Shown here: positions 9,079-18,470 of the stretch, piece by piece
Numbering within the stretch: position 1 is the first letter of the stretch
Layout: each line of letters opens with the position of its first letter
NCBI GenBank assembly: GCA_964456845.1
Contig: CAYWCV010000006.1
Span: 4,093 to 68,092, forward strand
Direction of reading: 5' to 3'
DNA: 64,000 nt
Source: an uncultured Chitinophagales bacterium
GTDB lineage: Bacteria > Bacteroidota > Rhodothermia > Balneolales > CAYWCV01
Translations under genes and position numbers: made by a program
Notes under the pieces: model-generated
What the model was told of the DNA's origin: nothing
What the model saw: only the letters and a program-made list of their open reading frames with translations
Database searches by the model: none

Positions 9079-10371
9079 TTACTCCGTGGTCAGGCTTTCA
9101 AGGTCGGTCCAGAAATCCGGGTACGACACCGCCGCGTGCTCGGCGCCCTCTATGTTCACATCGCCGTCGCAGCGCACGGCGGCGACACCGGCACTCATGG
9201 CGATGCGGTGGTCATGGCGGCTGTCGACTTCGAGGCTGTCAAATCGATGGTCGGGTTGTCCTTCGATGCGATAGCCGTCCTCATACTCCTCCACAGGAAT
9301 CCCAATCGCCCGCAGCATCCCGGCCATGGCATCGATACGGTCGCATTCCTTGACACGCAACTCACTGGCTCCCCTCACCTCGGATTCACCCTCGGCAAAG
9401 GCCATGGCCACCGATAGCACCGGAATCTCGTCGATGGCCACTGCAACCTCGGCCTCCGACATGGAAGTCGCCTGGAGTCGGGTCGGACGCACCGAAAGGT
9501 CGGCAACAATCTCGGCGCCGGCCTGGCGCTCCTCAATGACCCGTATGTCGGCGCCCATGCGTCGCAGCACATGCAGAGCGGCGTCGCGTGTCGGATTTAA
9601 TCCAACATTCTTCAAGACCAGCTCCCCCTCCCGCATGATAGATCCGGCCACCATCCAAAACGTGGCGGACGAAAAGTCGCCCGGAACGTCATAGTTCTGC
9701 AATGGTACCTGGTGTGACCGCGAGCTGTAAATCAGGCGCGTGCCATCATCCAACAATTCATCCCTCAAACCCAGCAACACCTCCGTGTGATTGCGGCTGG
9801 GCATCGTCTCGCGCACGATTACTTCATCATCGCAATACAAACCAGCAAGTAAGATGCACGATTTAAGCTGTGCGCTCGCTATCGGCAATGTGAAATCAAT
9901 AGATGTTAACCCTGCGTTGGCATGTAATTCAAGCGGCGGATAGGTGCCGTCGCGAGCATCGATGCTGGCTCCCATTTGTCCTAGCGGACCCATCACCCGT
10001 TTCATGGGTCGTTTACTCAGGGAGGCATCACCGGTCAGAGTACACTCGATGCCGGCACCTGACAAAATCCCTGCCATAAGCCTCATCGTTGTACCCGAGT
10101 TTTCGCAGTCAATAACCCCAGTTGGTTTCTGCAGCAAGTGCCGTCCCCGTCCGTGAACCATTACGGTTGTTCCCTGCTGTTCAACCTTTACACCCAGCGA
10201 CTGAATTACTTTCAGCGTGGTCTGTGGATCGGCAGCCTGTGCATAGTTGCCAATTGCCGATGTACCATCGGCCAGTGCAGCGAACATGGCTGCGCGGTGT
10301 GCAATGGATTTGTCGGGAGGAATCTGAACGACGCCGTTCAGACCACCCAAAACGGAGATGGATTTACGCAT
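9079..10371 (-). CDS. aroA: 3-phosphoshikimate 1-carboxyvinyltransferase (EPSP synthase)
   Basis: The PPDKSIAHRAAMFAALA N-terminus, ENSGTTMRLMAGIL and ELRVKECDRI motifs, and the 430-aa length all fit. Confidence 0.95.
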   Translation of the reverse strand: MRKSISVLGGLNGVVQIPPDKSIAHRAAMFAALADGTSAIGNYAQAADPQTTLKVIQSLGVKVEQQGTTVMVHGRGRHLLQKPTGVIDCENSGTTMRLMAGILSGAGIECTLTGDASLSKRPMKRVMGPLGQMGASIDARDGTYPPLELHANAGLTSIDFTLPIASAQLKSCILLAGLYCDDEVIVRETMPSRNHTEVLLGLRDELLDDGTRLIYSSRSHQVPLQNYDVPGDFSSATFWMVAGSIMREGELVLKNVGLNPTRDAALHVLRRMGADIRVIEERQAGAEIVADLSVRPTRLQATSMSEAEVAVAIDEIPVLSVAMAFAEGESEVRGASELRVKECDRIDAMAGMLRAIGIPVEEYEDGYRIEGQPDHRFDSLEVDSRHDHRIAMSAGVAAVRCDGDVNIEGAEHAAVSYPDFWTDLESLTTE

Positions 10372-10398
10372 AGGAACTGAAGAGGATAATCGTGGCTA

Positions 10399-13398
10399 TC
10401 ACCGATTGCGTCCGAGCAGGCGTATTGCCTCGCGACCGGCGTCGGTGTTTGGATAATCGTCGGCAAGCTGCTGCAATATACGGCGTGATTCGACACGGTT
10501 GCCAAGCTGATCGTAACATGAACTCTGTTCCAACATGGCTCGGGCGACCCATGATTCGTATGCTCCAAAAAGCACCCGCACGGCAGCGAATGAATTAACT
10601 GCTTCCTGACAACGACCGCCGAGCTGTTGTGCACGACCCAATTGGAATTGGGCCTCAGCCCCGGTCACGGAACTGCTATTTTGTGCCAATGCTTGGAATG
10701 CGGCTTCAGCCTCCGTGTAACGGCCCTCCGAGAGGTCGGCCTTAGCAAGCCCCAGTTTAACGGCATCGCTTGAAATCGAGCCTGCAGCCGCAAAACTTTC
10801 GCGTGCCTTTGCGCCATCGCCCATGGCAAGGTAGGCGTTGCCCATGCCGATACGTGCCTCCTGGCGCATGCGGGTGTTGTCGCGGGACAAGCGCTCAAAG
10901 TACTGTAGCGACTCGCTGTAGTTGCCATTGTCGTAGGCGATACGACCTAAGTTGGCAAGCGCCGGACCCATTCGGTTACTGCTAGGATATAGATTTACGA
11001 TGGTAAGATAGGCGGCGCGAGCGGCATCATAATTGCCTTCGCGCTCGTGAGCATCTGCCAGGTTGAACTGGGCTTCGGCGCGTGTAAGATCGTCGCTGGT
11101 GAGTCGGTCGATTTCGCGGTAGGCGTTGATCGCGGCCGGTATGTCACCCGCATCCATGAGCGAGCGCGCTTGACTCAGGCGTAGGCGGTCGGCCGTGGTT
11201 GCGTTGGGGTTGCTGGCGAGGAACTGGTCCATCAGTTGGCTCGTATTGTCGTCGAGCCCAATAGCCAGACCGGCATCACGGATGCTGTTGATGGCATCTA
11301 CAACGTAGTCGCTGCGCGGATATCGATTGAGAACCACTTGATAGGCTTCGATCGCCTTCTGATATTCGCCGGCATTGTACCAGGCGTCACCAATGTTGTA
11401 CTGTGCCCTGGCGGCCCAATTAGAGCCGGGCGCCAATCGGATGAGCGTTTCGAACTCAGCCACCGCCTGCTCATGGCTGTTGCCGAGCAAATAGATGTAC
11501 CCGATGTTGAACTGAGCCAGTTCACGTAGGTTGCTTTGCGTGTAGTTGTCGATCAGCTTCCTGAAGGCGCTCACAGCCTCGAACGGCTGAGATGCACGGT
11601 CGTAGGCCATGCCAATTTGATATTGGGCATAATCGCCACCAAGCTGTGATGTGGTCACCTTATTATAGGCGTCGATGGCCTGACCATATTCACGGGTCGC
11701 GAAATAGGCATCACCGATACGCAGGTTCGTGTCGACGTCGTAGGGAAACATGGCTATGGGAGGCGGCTTGTAATCGCGCAGGAACGCCTGAAGCGGCGGT
11801 ATGGCACGCTCAAATTCACCCATTTGGAAGAAGCTCCACCCCAACGAATAGCGTGCGGCTCCGATAAGCTCATGATTCGGATGCTGGTCAATGAATCGCT
11901 GGAACAGCGTAGCCGACTGTTGATACTTCTTCAGGTTGAAATAACTGTCGGCATTCCAAAAAAGTGCCTCTGCCGAGAATACCCCGGTCGGCTGTTCGCG
12001 TACAAGCGCCTCAAAGATGGGCTGCGCATCTTCGAAGGCCATTTCACGAAACAGTGCCCAACCCTTCTGAAACCGTGCCTGTCGTTTGATGTCGGGATCA
12101 AGGTTTGTCGTTTCTGCGGCCGCGTCAAACGCCTGAATAGCACGTGTGAACTCGTTGTTGGCGTAATAGGCCTCACCCAGCAGGATGAACACAAGTCCGG
12201 GTTGATTGACCGCCATATTTCTTCGGATCAGATCGAGGCATACGTCGATGGCCATCACATTGTTGCCGACTTCGAATGCAGTCAACGCCCACTCGTAGTA
12301 GGCCTCTTCGATCCACAGACCCGTCTTGTATTTCTCCCCAAAGCTCGTGAACGTCTCGAGGGCCTCCCGATAACGTCCACCAATTTTCTCATTTACCGCC
12401 TTGTAATACAATGCTTTGCGGGCAAGCTCATCATTGCCGTCGGCTGCCTTTTCGAACGAGTTGGCTGCCCAGTGGTAAATCTCCTGCTTATGGTATAACC
12501 ATCCCAACCCGTAGTGGGCACGACGCTGGTCGTCCTTGCCCTCGTTCATGTTGATGTATTGAAGGTAATAGTTGGAGGCCTCCTCGTACTCGTCGAGCGC
12601 GTTGTAGCTCTCGGCGATCAGGTAGATGGCCCGCATACGGGTTTCCGGCTCCAAGATAGACTGCTGCGCCTTCAAATTGTCGATGGCCTCCTGATAGCGT
12701 GCCTGCATATAGTATGACTCGCCGAGTGCCGTTCCGATGTTGCGGGTTGCCTGGCTTCGGGGATAGTCGGCGCGCAGCTTCTCGAAGGTGCTCGATGCCA
12801 TCGGGAAGATTTCGTCGCGCAAATACAGACTGCCCTGCGAAAACAGTGCCTTTGGGGCCCAATCACTTTTGGGATACGTGTCGACCACAACCTGAAAGTA
12901 TCTCCGCCCCATGTTGTTGTCGCCCTTGGCGATCGCTTCTTCGGCCATCCAGTACCATATCTGTGGTGCTCGGTTGTCCTGCACAGCCTGCTCGGTGGCA
13001 CGTCGGTATATGGCTATAGCCTCGTCGTGATTGCGGTCAACCGATCGGGCGTGCGCCATGTCAAGCAACAGGTCGATCGTATGCTCATGTACGGGCCAAG
13101 CCGCTATGAACTGCTCGTAATAACCCTCTAAATTGTCGGGGTCCAGCTGCGATTTGGCCTTCGTAATATGAAAGGCGGCTGACGGATGAAGCGGATGGTC
13201 CGGATGATTTTCGATGAACTGCTCCAACAGCATGATGGCCTGCTCGGGCTGCCCGTCGTGATAACGTCGCAAGCCCTCCATATACTGCTCATGCAAGGGC
13301 TCCGGTGTATTTTGTGCCGATGCAAACGGGCTTTGAAAAGATGAAATCGCAATGATGAATGCGAGGGAGGCGATCGTGCGAGAGATCGAGTTTGGCAT
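10399..13398 (-). CDS. Large secreted tetratricopeptide-repeat (TPR) protein
   Basis: The pattern of about 34 aa (A..Y..A/G...Y..A) recurs throughout. I prefer the ATG at 13396-13398, which gives the signal peptide MPNSISRTIASLAFIIAISSFQSPFASA. The listed start at 13443 is TTG. Confidence 0.8.
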   Translation of the reverse strand: MPNSISRTIASLAFIIAISSFQSPFASAQNTPEPLHEQYMEGLRRYHDGQPEQAIMLLEQFIENHPDHPLHPSAAFHITKAKSQLDPDNLEGYYEQFIAAWPVHEHTIDLLLDMAHARSVDRNHDEAIAIYRRATEQAVQDNRAPQIWYWMAEEAIAKGDNNMGRRYFQVVVDTYPKSDWAPKALFSQGSLYLRDEIFPMASSTFEKLRADYPRSQATRNIGTALGESYYMQARYQEAIDNLKAQQSILEPETRMRAIYLIAESYNALDEYEEASNYYLQYINMNEGKDDQRRAHYGLGWLYHKQEIYHWAANSFEKAADGNDELARKALYYKAVNEKIGGRYREALETFTSFGEKYKTGLWIEEAYYEWALTAFEVGNNVMAIDVCLDLIRRNMAVNQPGLVFILLGEAYYANNEFTRAIQAFDAAAETTNLDPDIKRQARFQKGWALFREMAFEDAQPIFEALVREQPTGVFSAEALFWNADSYFNLKKYQQSATLFQRFIDQHPNHELIGAARYSLGWSFFQMGEFERAIPPLQAFLRDYKPPPIAMFPYDVDTNLRIGDAYFATREYGQAIDAYNKVTTSQLGGDYAQYQIGMAYDRASQPFEAVSAFRKLIDNYTQSNLRELAQFNIGYIYLLGNSHEQAVAEFETLIRLAPGSNWAARAQYNIGDAWYNAGEYQKAIEAYQVVLNRYPRSDYVVDAINSIRDAGLAIGLDDNTSQLMDQFLASNPNATTADRLRLSQARSLMDAGDIPAAINAYREIDRLTSDDLTRAEAQFNLADAHEREGNYDAARAAYLTIVNLYPSSNRMGPALANLGRIAYDNGNYSESLQYFERLSRDNTRMRQEARIGMGNAYLAMGDGAKARESFAAAGSISSDAVKLGLAKADLSEGRYTEAEAAFQALAQNSSSVTGAEAQFQLGRAQQLGGRCQEAVNSFAAVRVLFGAYESWVARAMLEQSSCYDQLGNRVESRRILQQLADDYPNTDAGREAIRLLGRNR

Positions 13399-13504
13399 GG
13401 AAAAGCTTCGTATAAATCCTGATATGCGTGATACGTTCTTCAACGATGGGCGGGCTTTATTGTTTCCCGTCGGCAGAATCTACGCAAACTTTCAGATCTA
13501 ATCC

Positions 13505-14176
13505 TTACAATTCGAGGAATCGGATCAACTCGTTGGCGCGGTCGGCCCATTCGGCGTCGTCATGGGAGCGGGCATCCGAGTGGACGGCATATCCAAACCG
13601 GCGCAGCGACGATACGGCACGGTCGGCGTTTGTGGGATCGAGGCGCATCGATATTTTGTGCACTTGCTCGTCGCCGTCGTTCTCGGCGGCATACTCGACA
13701 CCCATCGAGAGTATGCGTACCCCCTCCGTTTCGATGATGCCAATGATAGACTGGAGCTCTGGGGTGCGCTGGTCTGATTCGATAAAAATCGTCAGGCCTT
13801 CCTGCATCAGCCCCAGGGCCTGCTCCACTGCCTGCCTTACATCTTCGAGAGTGACAAAGCCCAGAAAGTTACCGCTGCGCTCTGCAACAGGTATCACGTG
13901 TTGCCCTGTAGCATTGATGGAGTGCCAGACGTCGAAAACGTGCTGTTCCGGATAGGCCATGAGCGATGTCTCAAACGACTGCATTGGCAGTATCTCATCC
14001 TTCACATGGTCTAGCAGCACTTCTTCCCTGATGGTGCCGACCAAAACCCTGTTCATGCGGTCGATAATCGGCACACGCGACTCCCCATGAAGTGCCGACC
14101 ACGAAAGCGCATGCATAGGCGACTGATCAGAATAGACCGGGTCGTGATCGACATGTATGAGGTGGGAGACTAGCAT
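13505..14176 (-). CDS. CBS-pair domain protein with C-terminal ACT-like domain
   Basis: Two CBS-like units are visible (VPIIDRMNRVLVGTIREEVLL and VIPVAERSGNFLGFVTLEDV). It starts 2 nt after the hflX stop. Confidence 0.65.
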   Translation of the reverse strand: MLVSHLIHVDHDPVYSDQSPMHALSWSALHGESRVPIIDRMNRVLVGTIREEVLLDHVKDEILPMQSFETSLMAYPEQHVFDVWHSINATGQHVIPVAERSGNFLGFVTLEDVRQAVEQALGLMQEGLTIFIESDQRTPELQSIIGIIETEGVRILSMGVEYAAENDGDEQVHKISMRLDPTNADRAVSSLRRFGYAVHSDARSHDDAEWADRANELIRFLEL

Positions 14177-14178
14177 AC

Positions 14179-15558
14179 TCAGGTTACGGTTTGAAGCGGA
14201 GGATGGTTTCGTTCTAACAGGGTCGCCAACCTTTTTACTTGGTTTTGATGAACCCGAAACGTGATGTGTATTCCGTCGTCTTCGTATCGTTTGTCGAGAA
14301 CTTCGGCAATATCGTGGATAGATGCCACCGTTTTATGGTCATGTAACGGAAGCAAAGCCGATTTTGTGATGAACTCTTTGTTCAAATGTCGAACAATTTC
14401 CTCTTCAAGTCTCTGAAGCCCTACGCGATGTTCCGCAGATATGAAAATTGCCTCCGGATACTGGTTTCGCAGGCTGGTCATCCGCTCGGGATCCGTTATC
14501 CTGTCGGCCTTATTGAACACCATCAACATGGGCTTCTTGTCGACATCCAGATCCTTCAGTGTCGAATGGACCACCTCGATGTAATCGTCGAGAACGGGAG
14601 AAGATCCGTCAACCAAGTGGATGAGAATGTCGGCCTCCCGGATTTCGTCGAGGGTACTTTTGAAGCTCTCGATCAGGTTGTGGGGCAGCTTGCGGATGAA
14701 TCCAACCGTGTCGGAAAGCAGGAACGTTTGACCGGCCATGTCGAGGCGTCGCACGGTTGCATCGAGCGTGGCAAAGAGTTTGTCCTCGGCGAGCACATTT
14801 GTGCTGGTAAGGGCATTCATGAGTGTCGACTTACCCGCATTGGTATAACCCACTAAAGCAGCACGTGGAATCTGCTCCCTGCCTTTGCGCTGTGTGGTGC
14901 GCTGACGGTCGAGTTTGTCGAGCTTTTCCTTGAGGGTAGCGATACGTTTACCGATCAGACGGCGGTCGGTTTCGATCTGTGTCTCGCCTGGACCCTTGGT
15001 GCCAATGCCACCTTTTTGCCGGGAAAGGTGGGTCCATAGACGTGTGAGCCGAGGAAGGAGGTATTGTAGCTGAGCAAGCTCCACCTGCATTTTGGCGGCC
15101 GACGTCTTAGCTCTGCCTGCAAAAATATCGAGGATGATTCCGCTGCGGTCGATCACCTTCGCATCGGTCGCCTTCTGGATATTACGCGTCTGTGTCGGCG
15201 ACAAGTCGTCGTCGAATATGATCAGATCAGCCTCATCGGTGCCCGCCAACGATGCCAAATCGTTGAGCTTGCCTTTTCCGATGTAGGTTGCAGGGTCTGG
15301 TCGCTTGCGGTTTTGGAGGATCTTTCTGACGGTTACACCACCGGCGGTGAGCACGAGCTGCTCCAACTCGTCGAGGTGCTCTGTCGCTACCGTCCTGTCG
15401 GTTTCCGCGCTGTATAAACCGACTAAAATAGCTTTTTCAGCCTGAACTGCCGTCGAGAAATAAATGTCTTTTTTTGTTGTATCCAATGAGTCGGAAGAAT
15501 TAGTATGAGCGCTCGATGTCTGATGTCTCAGACCAAGCCTGCGACAGATGTCGGTCAA
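14179..15558 (-). CDS. hflX: GTPase HflX
   Basis: G motifs GYTNAGKST, DTVGF and NKAD follow an HflX N-terminal domain. The listed ATG at 15558 overlaps the upstream gene by 59 nt, and an in-frame TTG at 15484-15486 is an alternative start. Confidence 0.9.
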   Translation of the reverse strand: MTDICRRLGLRHQTSSAHTNSSDSLDTTKKDIYFSTAVQAEKAILVGLYSAETDRTVATEHLDELEQLVLTAGGVTVRKILQNRKRPDPATYIGKGKLNDLASLAGTDEADLIIFDDDLSPTQTRNIQKATDAKVIDRSGIILDIFAGRAKTSAAKMQVELAQLQYLLPRLTRLWTHLSRQKGGIGTKGPGETQIETDRRLIGKRIATLKEKLDKLDRQRTTQRKGREQIPRAALVGYTNAGKSTLMNALTSTNVLAEDKLFATLDATVRRLDMAGQTFLLSDTVGFIRKLPHNLIESFKSTLDEIREADILIHLVDGSSPVLDDYIEVVHSTLKDLDVDKKPMLMVFNKADRITDPERMTSLRNQYPEAIFISAEHRVGLQRLEEEIVRHLNKEFITKSALLPLHDHKTVASIHDIAEVLDKRYEDDGIHITFRVHQNQVKRLATLLERNHPPLQTVT

Positions 15559-16096
15559 CCTTATACGTCAATATACGCCTGAACGTTTCGTATCTATCGT
15601 TCGGAACTTTTAATTTGATACGGTGCGAGCGCAGACCGTTCGTTTCGGCTGATGTAAAGAAAAACGTAAACTCCGTGTATCCTTCGCGTGGCAGTTCCAA
15701 GTAGTCGTTCACCCTGCTCCAAGCAATCGTCTGGGACGGATCGTTGATATTCTTGACAATGCCGTTATCGGTGATGTAGCGCTTCGACATCAGATAATAG
15801 GCGACGTACCAGTTGACTCCCATCCATAGGTAAGCCAGTTCGTAGGGCCGGTAGGCCGACTCACCCAGAGCTGTGTGATAAACCGATGTAAAAACCACCA
15901 AGACCAAGAAAACTGCCGGAAAGACGGGGATGCCGTGCAGACCAGGGTCCTGCCACGTGAGGATGCAATTTCTCAAGCGACGCGTATTGAACCATGTCCA
16001 AACGGTCAACACGGTAGACCCGAACACAAAAAGCACCAGCGCTGCAATGAATGCAGTCAAGGCCATGTTGGTGATATGTGGGGTCAATTCAAACAT
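15500..16096 (-). CDS. Hypothetical membrane protein (3 TM segments plus a soluble C-terminal domain)
   Basis: Taking the start at ATG 16094-16096 (MFELTPH) gives an ATGTTTGA overlap of 8 nt with the upstream gene's stop at 16089-16091. I recognise no family motif. Confidence 0.55.
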   Translation of the reverse strand: MFELTPHITNMALTAFIAALVLFVFGSTVLTVWTWFNTRRLRNCILTWQDPGLHGIPVFPAVFLVLVVFTSVYHTALGESAYRPYELAYLWMGVNWYVAYYLMSKRYITDNGIVKNINDPSQTIAWSRVNDYLELPREGYTEFTFFFTSAETNGLRSHRIKLKVPNDRYETFRRILTYKVDRHLSQAWSETSDIERSY

Positions 16097-18209
16097 TTTC
16101 AGCTTTGTACCATCTTGATATAAACGTCTCAAACATGAGCAGGATTATACCGAACAGCAAAAAAAGATGCCATATTTCTCTGCCCATTCCCGCTGTTTCA
16201 AGAAATTCGCTGTAATTCGGGTTCGATTGCGCATCGAGACGAAGCGTTTCGGAGAGCTCAAGTTCATCAGCGAAAAATGTGCTGAGTCGCGCATCCTCAA
16301 TAGTTGCGAGATTCGACTCTTCTACAGGTAGATTAACGGATAGTACTGTAAAATCGGAACCTGACTCAACGCGCAATATGCCCGGGGTCCACTCCTGACC
16401 GGCATACCGTAGGTTGACCCCACTTCGAGTTTGACGAGCTTCAGGCTTATACGTAACTCCATTCAGCAATGCGGACACATCGCGCGACGACAACCTCTCG
16501 GTAATGTCAAGGCCTTGACCCAATACTACGCCCTGTTCTTGGCGCACATCCCTGGCAGCGGCATACAGTACCATTCGGTAGAACAGCGGAGCAAAGAGTG
16601 GCCTGGCCGGCAAGTTGCTCCACCCGGGGTCGGCGCCGAAAGCCGATATCAGCACGACCCCTGCCCCATAAGGCTGTTCGACTACGAGAGGCTCCGAGAG
16701 ATTGCTTTCAAACAACACACGGGAACGGTCGGAGGTTGTAGTGTTAACTAACCAGTAGTAGTAAAAATCAGGAAGCTCGATGCGAATGTCCTCATTTTCA
16801 CGCAATTCAAAAAGATCTTCAAGCACGGGATGGTCCCTGCTTAGACGTCCCAGTTTAGCTATCGACTGGAATGAGGCATATTCACCACGAAATCCAGAAA
16901 ATTCGGGTGCCCCAAAGCGTTGGAGCAGTCGATTGTATGCCGTCTGATTGCCCAGCTCGTTTGGGAGAATAATCAGGCTTTGACCGTCTTGGACAAACGA
17001 AAGAAGTTCGGCTGAGAAAGCCTCAGGCAATTCACGGAGTCCGTCTAAAATGACGGCTTGGAATCGGTTCAGGTCGGGCATGTTGCCGGGCTGAGTCTCG
17101 ACCACTTCGATGCGCCCGCTTGTTTCCTGTGCAGCTCGGAGAACGGGCAGCAGGTAGGAATTGAGCTCCGCGGGGCGCTGCGTCGCCTCCCTGACGTATA
17201 ACACCGGCATGGAGGCCGGTATCGATATGCTGAAGTACCGCTGGTCGTCAGCACCGAATGCATCCCCTTCCATATAGACACGGCCCGTGATATAGCCTGC
17301 CTGCTGCGGCCTGACTTCGAACAAATACGTGCGCACCTCTCCAGGATTGAGCGACACGGTGTATTGTCCTCCTTGCTGACCATCCGATTCAAGCGTCAGA
17401 AACAGGTTCGATACCGGATCGCTGTTGAAATTGGTGATTTCGGCCTCAACAATGACAGGGCGGCCCGTACCCAGTATGCGGTTCAATATTCTCAGACCGG
17501 TGATACCCACGTTGTTAGATGGACGCTCGCCCACACGGACGAACTGTACAGGCAGGGGTTCCTGACCCTGACGGACCGAAGGGCTACGGTTGGTCAAGGG
17601 CTCAAGCTGACTGCCTTGGGCATCACCGATCACAAAAAGTACAGGGAGGTGTTCTCCCGGCTCGACGGATGCATCGGCTAGAGCTGTCAGACGCTCCGCT
17701 ATGTAATTGCCCTTAGCCACAGGCTCCAAACTCTCCACGGCCTCGCGGAACCGGCCGGCGTCAAGTCTGCCCTGGACCGTCCATTCACCGTTTGTCGGTG
17801 CCAAGATAAATTGATCGCGTGGTCCGGCATTGCCCACCAGTGCTATCAGGAAATCCTTCGTCTGCTGCATGTAAGGACCGTTCACATCAACTTGAGCCAT
17901 ACTCAAGCTATTGTCGACCAAAATCAGATACAGCCTGGGTTGACCTGCCGAAGCCATCATCCCGACACCGGATGGCATAAATGGGCGCATCAAGCCCAGT
18001 ACTAAAAGTGTGATCGCCAGAAGGCGAATTGCGAGCAAAATCCACTTTTTGATGCGGATGCGTCTTATTGTGCTCTGCTGCAGCACCTTGAAGAAGGCGA
18101 TCGTCGAAAATTTGAGCGTCTGCGGCTTGCGCAGATTCAGCAAATGGATGATGATCGGCACTGCCAGAGCTGCAAAAGCAGCAAAAAACCAAGGACTTAA
18201 AAATTGCAT
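16089..18209 (-). CDS. BatA-N (aerotolerance regulator N-terminal, double-TM anchor) domain protein
   Basis: The N-terminus MQFLSPWFFAAFAALAVPIIIHLLNLRKP...KKWILLAIRLLAITLLVLGLMRP is the characteristic two-TM anchor. The 706-aa length is typical of this family. Confidence 0.8.
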   Translation of the reverse strand: MQFLSPWFFAAFAALAVPIIIHLLNLRKPQTLKFSTIAFFKVLQQSTIRRIRIKKWILLAIRLLAITLLVLGLMRPFMPSGVGMMASAGQPRLYLILVDNSLSMAQVDVNGPYMQQTKDFLIALVGNAGPRDQFILAPTNGEWTVQGRLDAGRFREAVESLEPVAKGNYIAERLTALADASVEPGEHLPVLFVIGDAQGSQLEPLTNRSPSVRQGQEPLPVQFVRVGERPSNNVGITGLRILNRILGTGRPVIVEAEITNFNSDPVSNLFLTLESDGQQGGQYTVSLNPGEVRTYLFEVRPQQAGYITGRVYMEGDAFGADDQRYFSISIPASMPVLYVREATQRPAELNSYLLPVLRAAQETSGRIEVVETQPGNMPDLNRFQAVILDGLRELPEAFSAELLSFVQDGQSLIILPNELGNQTAYNRLLQRFGAPEFSGFRGEYASFQSIAKLGRLSRDHPVLEDLFELRENEDIRIELPDFYYYWLVNTTTSDRSRVLFESNLSEPLVVEQPYGAGVVLISAFGADPGWSNLPARPLFAPLFYRMVLYAAARDVRQEQGVVLGQGLDITERLSSRDVSALLNGVTYKPEARQTRSGVNLRYAGQEWTPGILRVESGSDFTVLSVNLPVEESNLATIEDARLSTFFADELELSETLRLDAQSNPNYSEFLETAGMGREIWHLFLLFGIILLMFETFISRWYKAENV

Positions 18210-18231
18210 CTCGTAAGATAATCAAGAACGG

Positions 18232-18313
18232 GAACAAGAACAGAGCAAGAGCAAGAGCAAGAACAAGAACAAGTGCTAGTGCTAGTGCTAGTGCTAGTGC
18301 TAGATATTGCTAG
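18232..18313. repeat. Hexamer microsatellite block: about 7 units of (AGCAAG/AACAAG), then (TGCTAG)x5
   Basis: Read directly at 18232-18273 (gaacaa gaacag agcaag agcaag agcaag aacaag aacaag) and 18274-18303 (tgctag x5), plus atattgctag. It begins 23 nt upstream of the BatA-like start codon. Confidence 0.9.
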
Positions 18314-18470
18314 TCTGGTCTGTTTAAATGATAATGAATCAAAACGGATTGATTTGAGTATGCTATTTTAATGACTTTTTGAAGCCATAGCCATCTCAAG
18401 CCGAGTACTCATAGCGCCATGATAGCAAAATGTTGCGCTGCATCATTTCGTTTCAACTTACATCTCCAAC

